A stretch of 64,000 nt of DNA from a bacterium (GTDB lineage: Bacteria; UBP6; UBA1177). The translations under genes were made by a program, and so were the position numbers. Positions 38,380 to 48,137 of the stretch are shown in pieces; position 1 is the first letter of the stretch; each line of letters opens with the position of its first letter. The stretch lies in the NCBI GenBank assembly GCA_017961325.1, contig JAGCXM010000005.1:16052-80051 (forward strand), given 5' to 3'. The notes beneath the pieces are model-generated. The model searched no databases. It was not told where the DNA came from and saw nothing but the letters and a program-made list of their open reading frames with translations.

Positions 38380-39213
38380 TTACAACCTCTTGCCCAAATG
38401 CAGCCTTTCCGAAAGTATATCAAAAAAACTCCTTTCCGGGTTTGAAACGACGCTCAGGCAGCGTTCGTTTCTGCGGACAAGCACAACGTCGTTTTCGCAG
38501 ACTTCGATCGTGTTTTTTCCGTCGCAGGTAAGAAATCCGAGAGTACATTCCTTCAAAGTCGCCTTCACCGTTCCCGCCGCAGGAAGGACGATCGGACGGT
38601 GCGTAAGGGCGTGCGGCGCAATTGCGTTGATTACGAAAGATTCATCTGCCGGATAAATAATCGGACCGTTGCACGAAAGATTGTATGCGGTGGAACCGGT
38701 CGGAGTCGCAACGATAAGTCCATCGCACTTGTACTGCGGCATCTCTTCGCTGTCGTATTCGATTCCGAAGCAGAGCATCGGTGAAATGTTTATGTCGCGT
38801 ATGACCGTTACTTCGTTGAGGGCGGTGAAGGTCGCGATTTCGCTGCCGTTTCTGATGAGTCTGACATCCATCATCATTCGCTGTTTCACGTCAAATTGCC
38901 CGCTCAGAAGATTTTCGATCATTGTATCTTCGTCGGGATTTATTTCCGCCAGAAAGCCGAGCTGTCCGACATTTATTCCCGCAATCGGAACGTTTCTTTC
39001 AAAGGCGAGTGTCGCTCCGGCAAGGAATGTGCCGTCTCCGCCGATCGTGATTATCAAATCGGATCCGTTTATCTCTTCAATGTTTTCAATAATTTGAACA
39101 CCGAATTTTTTGCTTTTTTCGGTTATGGAATTTCTGATTCTGTGCTGCTCGGGCAGCTTTCTTCCGTCGTTTCTGAAAAAAAGGAAAACTTTTGAAATTT
39201 TATCGGAGATCAT
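38380..39213 (-). CDS. nadK: NAD(+) kinase
   Basis: GGDGTFL, GINVGQLGFL, ALNE, DGLIVATPTGSTAYNLS, PHALTHRP. Confidence 0.95.
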   Translation of the reverse strand: MISDKISKVFLFFRNDGRKLPEQHRIRNSITEKSKKFGVQIIENIEEINGSDLIITIGGDGTFLAGATLAFERNVPIAGINVGQLGFLAEINPDEDTMIENLLSGQFDVKQRMMMDVRLIRNGSEIATFTALNEVTVIRDINISPMLCFGIEYDSEEMPQYKCDGLIVATPTGSTAYNLSCNGPIIYPADESFVINAIAPHALTHRPIVLPAAGTVKATLKECTLGFLTCDGKNTIEVCENDVVLVRRNERCLSVVSNPERSFFDILSERLHLGKRL

Positions 39214-39919
39214 CTTTTTTTATCCTGTATTTCTGCCCGCATCTCGGACACTCGATACTTAAAACAGATTCGGTTTCAAAGAGAAAATCTACGTCCTTTT
39301 TAGACATTCTGGTAAAAATATCGGCGATTTTGCTTTTTGTGCAGCCGCATTTGAATTTAAGTTCAACCTCTTTAATCTGTTCGTCCTTTTCGTCAAAATC
39401 TTCCGGAAGCGTGTCTCTTATGCCGAAGGTTTCTCCGTTTTCGTAAATTTCAAGACCGTTTTGCGACTCTTCGGCAAAAAATTTTGTAAAAAGCGTGTTC
39501 AGAATCTTATCGCTCGGAACATTTTCTCCACAGTCGACCGTCGTCGTGCTTTCCATTCCCGAAACGCCAGAAACCATCTGAACCGTCATGCGCGGATTTT
39601 TTTCGAAAGGCGAAGGATTCCAAGAATGGGTTCTTGCGACGAAAACGTTGTATTCGGAATCAACGCAGCAGAAAAGTCTGCGTTTCTGCAGAGGCATTGA
39701 AACGTTCCAGGCGAAACTCCAGTCAGGAGGCATAAGCGGAAGATAGGCTGCCGCCATTGAAATCAGCTTTTTCAAATTCGGAAAACACTCTTTCGGAACT
39801 GCTTCAACTGGGTTCTGGACATAAAAATCGAGATAAAGACCCATAAAATCGACTGAATTGACCTCGGAAAACGATATTTCCCCCTCTTTTTCGCCGAATT
39901 TAACAGTTGCAGACGTCAT
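39200..39919 (-). CDS. Hsp33 (HslO)-like redox chaperone, short divergent form
   Basis: C-terminal zinc centre FKCGC...IECPRCG. Confidence 0.65.
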   Translation of the reverse strand: MTSATVKFGEKEGEISFSEVNSVDFMGLYLDFYVQNPVEAVPKECFPNLKKLISMAAAYLPLMPPDWSFAWNVSMPLQKRRLFCCVDSEYNVFVARTHSWNPSPFEKNPRMTVQMVSGVSGMESTTTVDCGENVPSDKILNTLFTKFFAEESQNGLEIYENGETFGIRDTLPEDFDEKDEQIKEVELKFKCGCTKSKIADIFTRMSKKDVDFLFETESVLSIECPRCGQKYRIKKDDLR

Positions 39920-39921
39920 TT

Positions 39922-41319
39922 TTACCTCTTTTTCAGAACCATTCTGATGTAGCGGTTGTCAGAAGTCGGGACGAATTCAAGTCCGCCGATCATATCGTCT
40001 TTCCTGAATTCGATGATGTACTGTTTGTTAAGTTCGAGCTGCAGGGAGGCAGGAGTTTTTTTGCCGGTATCTTCGCCGTTTACGAAAATCTGTGCGCCTC
40101 CGGGTTCTGAAAAAACTGTCACCATGTCAACTTTTACATCAGGATCGATAAAAAGAAACTTCAGAATCATTCCTATTATGAAAATACCTCCGGCGATCCC
40201 CGCCGCAAAAGAGGTTTTTGAAATTATGGATTTGCGTTGTTGACGCTTTTTTTCTTCATTTTCCTTTTTCTTTTTCTCCTCTTCGACCCGCTTTTTCGAT
40301 TTAATGTCAATATCTTCCAACTCACCGATATTGTTGAATAATTCATCCATCAAATACTCGGTTTGCGCCTGTTCGATGATTTTTGTCATCTTGATGAAGT
40401 GCGAAGGAAAGAGTTTTTTGACCAAGGCGGGAAGCATTTCGCCGTTCGGATCGAATTCAAGCGAATTGTAGATACGGAGCAGATCTTCGCGCATATCCAT
40501 CGCCGTGGCATAGCGGTCGTTCGGATCTTTTTCCAAAGCCTTCATCACGATTTCGGCAAGTTTCGGATCGATGTCGGGCATAAGCTCGTCTATAGGCTCG
40601 ATTTCATCGTTCATAATGGCGTTCATTATAGCCATATCGCTGTCGAGTTGTTTGTAGAGAGTCTGTCCCGTCAGCATTTCGTAAAGAATTATGCCGACTG
40701 AAAAAATATCGCTCCGTCTGTCAACGGCGGTACCGCTGCACTGTTCTGGCGAAAGATAGGCATATGTCCCCTGAATACCGCTGTCGTTCCTCAGTTTTCT
40801 GGTGTAATTCGCATTTGCAATGCCGAAATCGACGACTTTTATCTTTCCTTCATATGAAATCAGGATGTTATTCGGATTCATATCGAGGTGTACGATGTTC
40901 AGAAAAGTGCCGTTTCTGTCCTGAGCGTTATGAGCGTGATCCAGACCGCACAGAACCGCTGAAATTATCTCGATGATTAGATTCAGAGGCAGTTTCTGTT
41001 TTTTTTCACCCAATTTTTCAAGAATTGCTCCCAGATTCTGCCCGAAAACATACTCCATCGCAATGAAGTACTGTTCTTCATATTTCCCGAAATCGTAGAT
41101 TTTTACGATGTTTTCGTGACTTATGTTGCAGATTATCCTCGCTTCGGCAAGAAACATTTTTAAGAGAGTCGGATTGTTGCTGTATTTTTTCAACACCTTT
41201 TTGATTGCGATCGGCATTGAATTTATGGGCGAATTTACATGCTTGGCAAGATAAATCTCAGCCATTCCGCCTGTCGCGATTTTTGAAAGCAGCTGATAGT
41301 TGTCAAATTTTTCGAGCAT
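39922..41319 (-). CDS. membrane Ser/Thr protein kinase with C-terminal PEGA domain
   Basis: IATGGMAEIY, AIKK, HLDMNPNNIL, DFGIA, YLSPEQ, DRRSDIFS; TM; SEPGGAQIFVNG..TP. Confidence 0.92.
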   Translation of the reverse strand: MLEKFDNYQLLSKIATGGMAEIYLAKHVNSPINSMPIAIKKVLKKYSNNPTLLKMFLAEARIICNISHENIVKIYDFGKYEEQYFIAMEYVFGQNLGAILEKLGEKKQKLPLNLIIEIISAVLCGLDHAHNAQDRNGTFLNIVHLDMNPNNILISYEGKIKVVDFGIANANYTRKLRNDSGIQGTYAYLSPEQCSGTAVDRRSDIFSVGIILYEMLTGQTLYKQLDSDMAIMNAIMNDEIEPIDELMPDIDPKLAEIVMKALEKDPNDRYATAMDMREDLLRIYNSLEFDPNGEMLPALVKKLFPSHFIKMTKIIEQAQTEYLMDELFNNIGELEDIDIKSKKRVEEEKKKKENEEKKRQQRKSIISKTSFAAGIAGGIFIIGMILKFLFIDPDVKVDMVTVFSEPGGAQIFVNGEDTGKKTPASLQLELNKQYIIEFRKDDMIGGLEFVPTSDNRYIRMVLKKR

Positions 41320-41415
41320 GGGCGCCTCCGAAGAACAAACTATAGAAAAATAAATATTTTTAGGAAATTTTCAACAAATTATTTGAATTTTGTGGTGAAT
41401 TTTAAGATTCAGAAG

Positions 41416-43152
41416 TTATTTTTCAGTTTTGATGCAGAGTTCCCTGAGCTGTTTTTCGGTGACCGGAGCAGGAGCCTGCGTCATGAGACATGTTGCACTC
41501 GTCGTTTTCGGGAATGCGATGACGTCTCTGATTGCGTCGGTGTTGTTGAGGAGCATCATCAGCCTGTCAAAGCCGAGTGCCAGACCGCCGTGCGGCGGAG
41601 CACCGAATTCGAGAGCTTCGACGAGGTATCCGAAATTCTCCTTTGCCTCTTCGTCGCTGATTCCTAAGAACTTGAAAACTTCCTTCTGCTTGTCGGTGTT
41701 GTGGATCCTTATGCTGCCGCCGCCCGCCTCGTAGCCGTTGATGACGATATCGTAAGCGCGGGAATTTATCGTGCCGAGGTCGTCGCCGCGTTTTGCCGCT
41801 TCAAAATCGAAATCGGTGAAGGCGTGATGTTTCGCAACCCATTCTCCCGTCTCTTCATCAACTTCGAATGCCGGGAAGTTGGTGATCCATACGAATTCGT
41901 AGGAGTTTTTGTCGTAAAGTTCGTATTCCGCAGCAAGTCTCTTTCTGAGGTTTCCGAGAGCCGTAAGAGCAACGCCGGTTTTATCCGCAACGATGAAAAT
42001 GATTCCGTTTTCAGAAATGATTTCAGAGATTTGCGCCTTCTCATTATCGTTGAAGAACTTCATAAGCGGAGAATCGAGCTCTCCGTTTTCCTTTTTTATC
42101 CATGCCAGGGCCTTCGCACCGTCGCCCTGAACGTCCTTTTCGATCTTTTTGATCTGGTTTTTCGAAAGTTCCGTCGCATGACCTTCGAGAACGACACCTT
42201 TTACGACCATTTTCGGGTCGTTTGCGGCATTTTTGAAAGCGGCGAATTCCGAATTTGCAAATATCGGATCAAGCGTTCTGAGTTCCATGCCGAACCTGAG
42301 GTCGGGCTTGTCGCTTCCGTATTTGTCCATCGCCTCGTTGAACGACATTTTTCTGAAAGGACGCTTGATGTCGAGGTTTTTGGTCTCCTTGAAAATTTTG
42401 CAGAGAAGCCCTTCGGTGACGCCCATGACGTCTTCCTCTTCGACGAAGCTCATCTCGAAGTCGATCTGCGTGAATTCAGGCTGTCTGTCGGCGCGCAGAG
42501 CCTCGTCCCTGAAGCACTTCGCAACCTGATAGTATTTGTCCATTCCGGCAACCATGAGAATCTGCTTGAAGACCTGCGGCGACTGCGGCAGAGCGTAGAA
42601 GGATCCAGGCCAGAGCCTGCTCGGAACAAGGAAATCTCTTGCACCGCCCGGGCTGCTCTTGATGAGGAAGGGAGTTTCGACTTCGACGAAATCAAGCGAA
42701 TCAAAGTATGCGTGAACGAGTGCGCTCACTTTTGAACGAGAAATAAGGTTTTTCTGTATGTTCGATTTCCTGATGTCTATGTAGCGGTATTTCAGCTTGA
42801 TCGTGTCTGATGCATCCTTTCTGAAATCGAAGGGAAGCGGCTTCGACGGGTTGAGAAGGGTGATTTTTTCAGCCTCGACTTCAATCGCGCCGGTCGGATA
42901 TTTGTCAGTTCTGTTTTCTTTTCGGTCGATGACCGTTCCGCTTACCGAAATGACCGATTCAAGCGTCAGTTTTTTTGCTGATTCAGCAAGTTCCGGATCG
43001 CTTACGAAAACCTGAGTCATTCCGTAACGGTCTGAAAGTATTAAGAAAACCATAGGTCCCATTTCTCTTTTCTGGGTAAGCCATCCCGAAATGACGACAT
43101 GCTCTCCCAGATTGTCGAGACTGAGCTCTCCGCAAGTGTGCGTGCGCAGCAT
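41416..43152 (-). CDS. aspS: aspartate--tRNA ligase
   Basis: [64 protein letters not shown]. Confidence 0.97.
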   Translation of the reverse strand: MLRTHTCGELSLDNLGEHVVISGWLTQKREMGPMVFLILSDRYGMTQVFVSDPELAESAKKLTLESVISVSGTVIDRKENRTDKYPTGAIEVEAEKITLLNPSKPLPFDFRKDASDTIKLKYRYIDIRKSNIQKNLISRSKVSALVHAYFDSLDFVEVETPFLIKSSPGGARDFLVPSRLWPGSFYALPQSPQVFKQILMVAGMDKYYQVAKCFRDEALRADRQPEFTQIDFEMSFVEEEDVMGVTEGLLCKIFKETKNLDIKRPFRKMSFNEAMDKYGSDKPDLRFGMELRTLDPIFANSEFAAFKNAANDPKMVVKGVVLEGHATELSKNQIKKIEKDVQGDGAKALAWIKKENGELDSPLMKFFNDNEKAQISEIISENGIIFIVADKTGVALTALGNLRKRLAAEYELYDKNSYEFVWITNFPAFEVDEETGEWVAKHHAFTDFDFEAAKRGDDLGTINSRAYDIVINGYEAGGGSIRIHNTDKQKEVFKFLGISDEEAKENFGYLVEALEFGAPPHGGLALGFDRLMMLLNNTDAIRDVIAFPKTTSATCLMTQAPAPVTEKQLRELCIKTEK

Positions 43153-43307
43153 TTTAACCTCCGAAAAACAATAAACTTAAAAAGCGGCTAATTATTCTCT
43201 CTAAATTTTTTAAATCAAGAAAATCGGTATTTCTTATGAAAGCGAAACGGACAAAAATTAAGGAAATATCCGGAAATTAAGCCGTAGAAACGTGTCAGAA
43301 AACGTCT

Positions 43308-44345
43308 CTAAAGCTGGTCGATAACTTTAATCTTTGAATCGGTGTTTTCGATCTTGCTGTCGAGTTTTTCGCGCAGCTGGTCATCCATTTTGAGAATTGC
43401 CAGTGCCTCTACATCGTCAGGAACGTATTTCAGAACCTTGTAATAATATATGTTGCGGTAAATGAGATTGTTCTGTTTTGCATAAATATTTGCAATGATT
43501 TTGAATACTTTTACGCAGTTGTCTATGTCGTTCATCTGTTTGTATACGAACGCCTGACGCTTCAGGTAGTTGACATTTTCCGGATCTTTCGCAATCAGTT
43601 TCTTGAGCAGAACCATGACGCTGTCGTACTGCCCTATTTCGATTCTCGCCTCGATAAGTTCGCTGAGAATGACAAGATCGTCTTTTTTCAGGGAGTACAG
43701 CATCATAAGGCACGCTTCAAGGTCGCGTGTGTTGCTTATTTCACCTTTCTGATGTCTTGCACGGATCGACATAAGGATCTTTTCGGCTTCGTCGGTTATG
43801 TTTTCGTGAATCAGAATGCTCGAGAGATTCAACAGATCACGAACCGTCGCCTTGTTCATTTCGTTTATCGTGTGAAAAAGATAAATCGCGGTCATCCTGT
43901 CGTTTTTCTTGATGTAATAGTTGACGGCTGCACGGTATTTGTCGGCTGCGTCAGAAAATTTTCCCATTCTGATGTCGATGTCGGCACTGAATTTGTTGAG
44001 AAGCCCGTTGTCCGGTGCGGCATTCAGGCCCATATTGATATAACTTGAGGCGAGCTGATAGTTTTTTGCATCCATCTCACGCTGTGCCAGGCCCAGGTAG
44101 ACTTCGACGGCTTTGTCGATTTTGTTTTTATAGCGGTAAAGTTCGGCAAGCTGGATGTAATTTTCGACTTTTTCTGGATTTTTTTTGATTTCGGCAAGAA
44201 GTTTTGTCGCTTTTGCGTCGCTCAGAAGATCGGAAACGTCGGTGTTGGCCATTTTCTCGATATCTTTCAGAGTTTCGTTGGAAAAAATATTGCCGAGATC
44301 CTTTTTCAGGAAATTGAGTATTTTGTCGAAAACGCCTTTTGCCAT
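43308..44345 (-). CDS. cytoplasmic TPR protein
   Basis: Helical TPR-like repeats (LAELY..KNKIDKAV, KKLIAKDPENV); promoter TTGACA-N16-TATCCT. Confidence 0.75.
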   Translation of the reverse strand: MAKGVFDKILNFLKKDLGNIFSNETLKDIEKMANTDVSDLLSDAKATKLLAEIKKNPEKVENYIQLAELYRYKNKIDKAVEVYLGLAQREMDAKNYQLASSYINMGLNAAPDNGLLNKFSADIDIRMGKFSDAADKYRAAVNYYIKKNDRMTAIYLFHTINEMNKATVRDLLNLSSILIHENITDEAEKILMSIRARHQKGEISNTRDLEACLMMLYSLKKDDLVILSELIEARIEIGQYDSVMVLLKKLIAKDPENVNYLKRQAFVYKQMNDIDNCVKVFKIIANIYAKQNNLIYRNIYYYKVLKYVPDDVEALAILKMDDQLREKLDSKIENTDSKIKVIDQL

Positions 44346-44402
44346 AAGACCTCGCAAAAAAAACGAAATAGGATAGTCATTTTGAAAAAATTGTCAAAAA
44401 AG

Positions 44403-45164
44403 TCAGAGTTCGTCAAATTCGTCTTTTTCGTCTGCGGCTGGCGGCGCAAAAAGAGAATCATCCAGAACAGCTTTTGAATTTATGGAGCTGTTTTCAAAAA
44501 TGAAAGCATTTTTCCCGTTGGCGACACCTGTCCAGCGCAGGCCGTTTTTGAGAGTAGGGCGGTTTTTTTTGGGTGTACCTGTTCTTTTTTTCTTTTTGCC
44601 GGTCGTAACAAGTGTCGTTTCAGAAACGATGTACAGATCTCCGCTTATTATTTCAACAACCCTTCCTTTTGAAATTTTGTAGTAGATTCCGTTTTTTCTG
44701 CACAGTTTCGAACCGATTCCGATTGCGGCGCACTCGCCTTCGAACTTGAATCTTCCCCCCAGCATTACAGAAAAGACATCACCGTCGACCGGTGCGTTGA
44801 AAAGCTGCTTCGAAATCTCGCGCCACGGTGCACTGTCCCAGACTCCTTCGTGAAAAATGTAGGAGTTTTCGCCGTTTATCACGACAGTCGCAACTGAAAT
44901 GTTGAAAGGTCCCGTGATTATCATCCGCCATTTTTCAGGTGATGCCGAAAGAATCTGGTAGTCGCCCGAAAATTTGCCTTTATACTGCTCGACATCGACC
45001 CACATCGTGACATCGCCCTCGGCGGAAAAAGCCTGATTCTGCGGATTCATCTCGAAAGTTTCGCTTTTCCAGTTATAATTTCCGTTTTCATCCACGGTTT
45101 TATGCGGAACTGTCGAACAGGAAAAGAGAAGAAGCGCCGTCAGAAGAAGAAAAAATTTTTTCAT
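44403..45164 (-). CDS. hypothetical lipoprotein (possibly LolB/DUF4292-like)
   Basis: Lipobox LFSC; WRMIITGPFNISVA segment resembles LolB-like lipoproteins. Confidence 0.65.
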   Translation of the reverse strand: MKKFFLLLTALLLFSCSTVPHKTVDENGNYNWKSETFEMNPQNQAFSAEGDVTMWVDVEQYKGKFSGDYQILSASPEKWRMIITGPFNISVATVVINGENSYIFHEGVWDSAPWREISKQLFNAPVDGDVFSVMLGGRFKFEGECAAIGIGSKLCRKNGIYYKISKGRVVEIISGDLYIVSETTLVTTGKKKKRTGTPKKNRPTLKNGLRWTGVANGKNAFIFENSSINSKAVLDDSLFAPPAADEKDEFDEL

Positions 45165-45177
45165 GACGGAATCCCTG

Positions 45178-45555
45178 CTATTTTACGGCTACGCACTCTA
45201 TTTCGACCATTGCGCCGAGCGGCAGTCTGACAACCTGAAATGCGGCTCTTGCTGGACATTCGGAAACAAAGAATTTCGCGTAAACTTCGTTCATTTCCTT
45301 GAAATCGTTCATGTCGCTGAGCAGAACCGTCGTTTTTACCACGTTTTCATAGGAACAGCCGGCGGTTCTCAGAATTTCGCCGATGTTTTTAAGTGCCTGT
45401 TCCGTCTGTTCCCTGATTCCGCCTTCGACGAATCTGCCTGTTTTTACGTCAATCGGAAGCTGACCAGAAACATAAATCGTGCCGTTTGCCTCGACTGCCT
45501 GACTGTAGGGACCGATTGCTGCCGGAGCGTTAGGTGAACTGATTATTTTTTTCAT
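45178..45555 (-). CDS. ridA: RidA family enamine/imine deaminase
   Basis: [39 protein letters not shown]. Confidence 0.95.
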   Translation of the reverse strand: MKKIISSPNAPAAIGPYSQAVEANGTIYVSGQLPIDVKTGRFVEGGIREQTEQALKNIGEILRTAGCSYENVVKTTVLLSDMNDFKEMNEVYAKFFVSECPARAAFQVVRLPLGAMVEIECVAVK

Positions 45556-45566
45556 TTTCTCCCTCC

Positions 45567-45630
45567 ACCTCACCTCTCAATCCCCTCTCCACTGTGGAGA
45601 GGGGAAGACGGTTTTCCGTCGGGGTGAGGT
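45567..45630. repeat. REP-like GC-rich branched palindromic element
   Basis: Outer IR acctcacc/ggtgaggt encloses tcccctctcca-ctg-tggagagggga and gacgg-tttt-ccgtc. Confidence 0.75.
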
Positions 45631-45743
45631 CAAACCGCCGCATTGTATTCAATTTTTATAAAATTGCGAGAGAAGAGGCATAAAAAATTTGTCTTTTCAT
45701 CCGTTGTTCTTAATATGCCGGGACTTTTGATAATGGAGATACC

Positions 45744-47579
45744 ATGAAAAAATCTGTATTTCTTCTATGTGCATTTTTTTTGATTCACAACCTTTTTGCA
45801 GTTGAGAATACTGCGCTTCTTCAGGCTGACGAGACGCAGAAAACCTACGAAAGAAAGGCTGTCATGGGCTTCGGCGATATAGGTTTCATGCAGGATTCCG
45901 TTAAAGTTCCGATGCGCTACTGCGACATCGACGAAGAGGGCAGGGGAAGATGTATTCCCTGGTCATTTTCGGTGAATTATCCGCTTGACCGGAACGAAAA
46001 ACTCAAGGCTGCGAAGATTTTTTACCAGTGGACGATTACGAACCGCTTCGACAAGATAATTCTGGGTGAAAACGAAGCCTACATGTCTACAAAAAACGGC
46101 GAAGTCAGGCTCGGTTTAGGCGGAAAAATCCCCGTTTTTCATTCGGGAACGACCGATAGTGTGTCTTTCAGGCGCAAACTTGAACATTATCTCAATTCCG
46201 ACGTGAAGACCGTTTTCGGTAACCTGCTGGACGCTTCAGTTGAGCAGAGATATTCTGAACTTTCCGGGAAAGAGCAGGAGACGTTCATGGCGACAAAGGC
46301 GAAAGAACTTGGGCTTTCAGCTGATTTCGTTAAAAAATTACTTAATTCATCATACATTTTTGCGGCTCATGTTTCTCCTATCGGCGGTTCAGGAAAAGTT
46401 GTCCGCTCGAAACACAAATCCGCCGTAACCGGCTTGCCGTATTACTCTTTCGATGTCGAAATCGAACTTGCGGTAAATGTCGTATTTATGATTTATCACT
46501 ATAATTTTGAAACGAAACGTTTCGAGCATTACGGTGATATCGTCGGGCACTCAGGCTCAATTTCTGGCTCCACCGATACCGCGTTTCAGATAATACCGAC
46601 TCCGGCGCAGGTTATGGCTGTTTTCAACGATGTTTTCCGCACCGCGATAAAGGCTGCTTCGATAAATGCCAACTATCAGCTGAAACAGGACGACAACTTC
46701 GCGATTTTCATGCCGGTAAAAAATACTGACGGCAAAAAAATCGAAAGCGAGTTCGGAGTTATGGAGGATATCAGAATCGACCATCCTTTTTCGATTTTTG
46801 AAACGGTTGACGGCAAAACCAGGCGAAAAGGTTTTGCCCGTGCCCGCAAAGTCGCACTCAACTGCAAGGATTGTGCTGAACCGACGATTATCAAAGTGAC
46901 GAACGGCAATTCCGAGGAGGGCGACCAGCTCCGCGAATATCCGTGGACGGGACTTTATTTTAATCTGGGTTTGGAAGATAACGGTTTGCGGATAAACGGA
47001 GTGAAGACTGAGGAGAGGGATTGGAAAGAAGATGCGGGACATATTTTTATCAGTCCGGGTCTGCATTTGGGAGTGGATGTCGATTTAGGTTATGTGTTGA
47101 ACAGATCTGCTTTAAGCGAATTCTATTTTAGAGCCTTTTTAGATTTGAATTTAGGTCTGACGCAGGACTACGACCCGGCTGAAGGTGGTTCTGATTTAGG
47201 AGAATTTCTTGCTTGGTTCGGCGGCGGTGTCGGCATTGCTAAAAGGTTTTACACCGATTCTGCCGGATTTTTCATCGCTCCGGCTATTGATGCGGCGTAC
47301 CACGGCACGCTGAACGACGACTGGGATTTCCAGCGTTTCGTCATTACGCCGCAGCTGCACTTCGGGTTCAGCGCGACACCGAGCTTTGACTTCATCATCA
47401 AGGCGGGCTGGAATATCGGATTTCTCACAAAGGCGGAATACGAGGATTCGCGTGATGTTTCAAGCAGATATTCAAGTTTCGTCCACGGTCTTTATGCATC
47501 GCTCGACTTCAACTTCCATCTTCCGATAGTGAGCGCGATGGCGAGAATGTATACGCCGTCTTCAAATGTGTGCAGATAA
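45744..47579 (+). CDS. hypothetical exported protein, C-terminal half outer-membrane beta-barrel-like
   Basis: Signal peptide; alternating aromatic/hydrophobic beta strands in the C-terminal ~200 aa; GGAG RBS. Confidence 0.7.
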   Translation: MKKSVFLLCAFFLIHNLFAVENTALLQADETQKTYERKAVMGFGDIGFMQDSVKVPMRYCDIDEEGRGRCIPWSFSVNYPLDRNEKLKAAKIFYQWTITNRFDKIILGENEAYMSTKNGEVRLGLGGKIPVFHSGTTDSVSFRRKLEHYLNSDVKTVFGNLLDASVEQRYSELSGKEQETFMATKAKELGLSADFVKKLLNSSYIFAAHVSPIGGSGKVVRSKHKSAVTGLPYYSFDVEIELAVNVVFMIYHYNFETKRFEHYGDIVGHSGSISGSTDTAFQIIPTPAQVMAVFNDVFRTAIKAASINANYQLKQDDNFAIFMPVKNTDGKKIESEFGVMEDIRIDHPFSIFETVDGKTRRKGFARARKVALNCKDCAEPTIIKVTNGNSEEGDQLREYPWTGLYFNLGLEDNGLRINGVKTEERDWKEDAGHIFISPGLHLGVDVDLGYVLNRSALSEFYFRAFLDLNLGLTQDYDPAEGGSDLGEFLAWFGGGVGIAKRFYTDSAGFFIAPAIDAAYHGTLNDDWDFQRFVITPQLHFGFSATPSFDFIIKAGWNIGFLTKAEYEDSRDVSSRYSSFVHGLYASLDFNFHLPIVSAMARMYTPSSNVCR

Positions 47580-48137
47580 TCAGTAGAGCCTGTGGTTTTT
47601 TATGTATTCGTAAATTCCTGCCGGAAGCAGGTTCTCGGGATTTTCGCCGTTTTGTATCATCGTTTTTATAGTTGTGCTTGAAATGTCGGGCAGGTAAAAA
47701 TCTGCGCTGCCGTTTTTGCCTCTGCCGATGACGACTACTTCTCTGCACAATTCTTCTATCTTACCGAAATCCTTCCATTTTTCACGCACATTCCAGTTGT
47801 CGGAGCCGATGAGGAGCGAAAAATCGTTCCCGGGGAACCGTTTTTTCAGATATTCAATCAGGTCGACAGTGTAGACAGTTTCAAGCCCGGTTTCCCTTTC
47901 GGTTTCGAGGACTCTTGCCCGGTTTCCGAATGGTTCAGCCATGATACGGCACATTTCAAGCCTTGTTTCGAAGTCTGACGGATGAAAGCCGAAAGGATGC
48001 GAAAAACTCGGAATTATCCAGACTTCATCGAAACCGTATTTTTCAAGTGCAAGAAAGATGCAGAGCTGGTGCCCGAGGTGCGGCGGATCGAACTTGCCGC
48101 CGAAAATAGCAATGTTTTTAAGTGTTTTATCTTTCAT
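47580..48137 (-). CDS. nadD: nicotinate-nucleotide adenylyltransferase
   Basis: FGGKFDPPHLGH, YTVD, LIGSD..WKD, ISSTTI. Confidence 0.92.
   Translation of the reverse strand: MKDKTLKNIAIFGGKFDPPHLGHQLCIFLALEKYGFDEVWIIPSFSHPFGFHPSDFETRLEMCRIMAEPFGNRARVLETERETGLETVYTVDLIEYLKKRFPGNDFSLLIGSDNWNVREKWKDFGKIEELCREVVVIGRGKNGSADFYLPDISSTTIKTMIQNGENPENLLPAGIYEYIKNHRLY

Noticed and set aside
41701-42735. 344-aa ORF antisense to aspS
   Set aside because: Shadow of strongly biased codon usage; no RBS or domain motifs.
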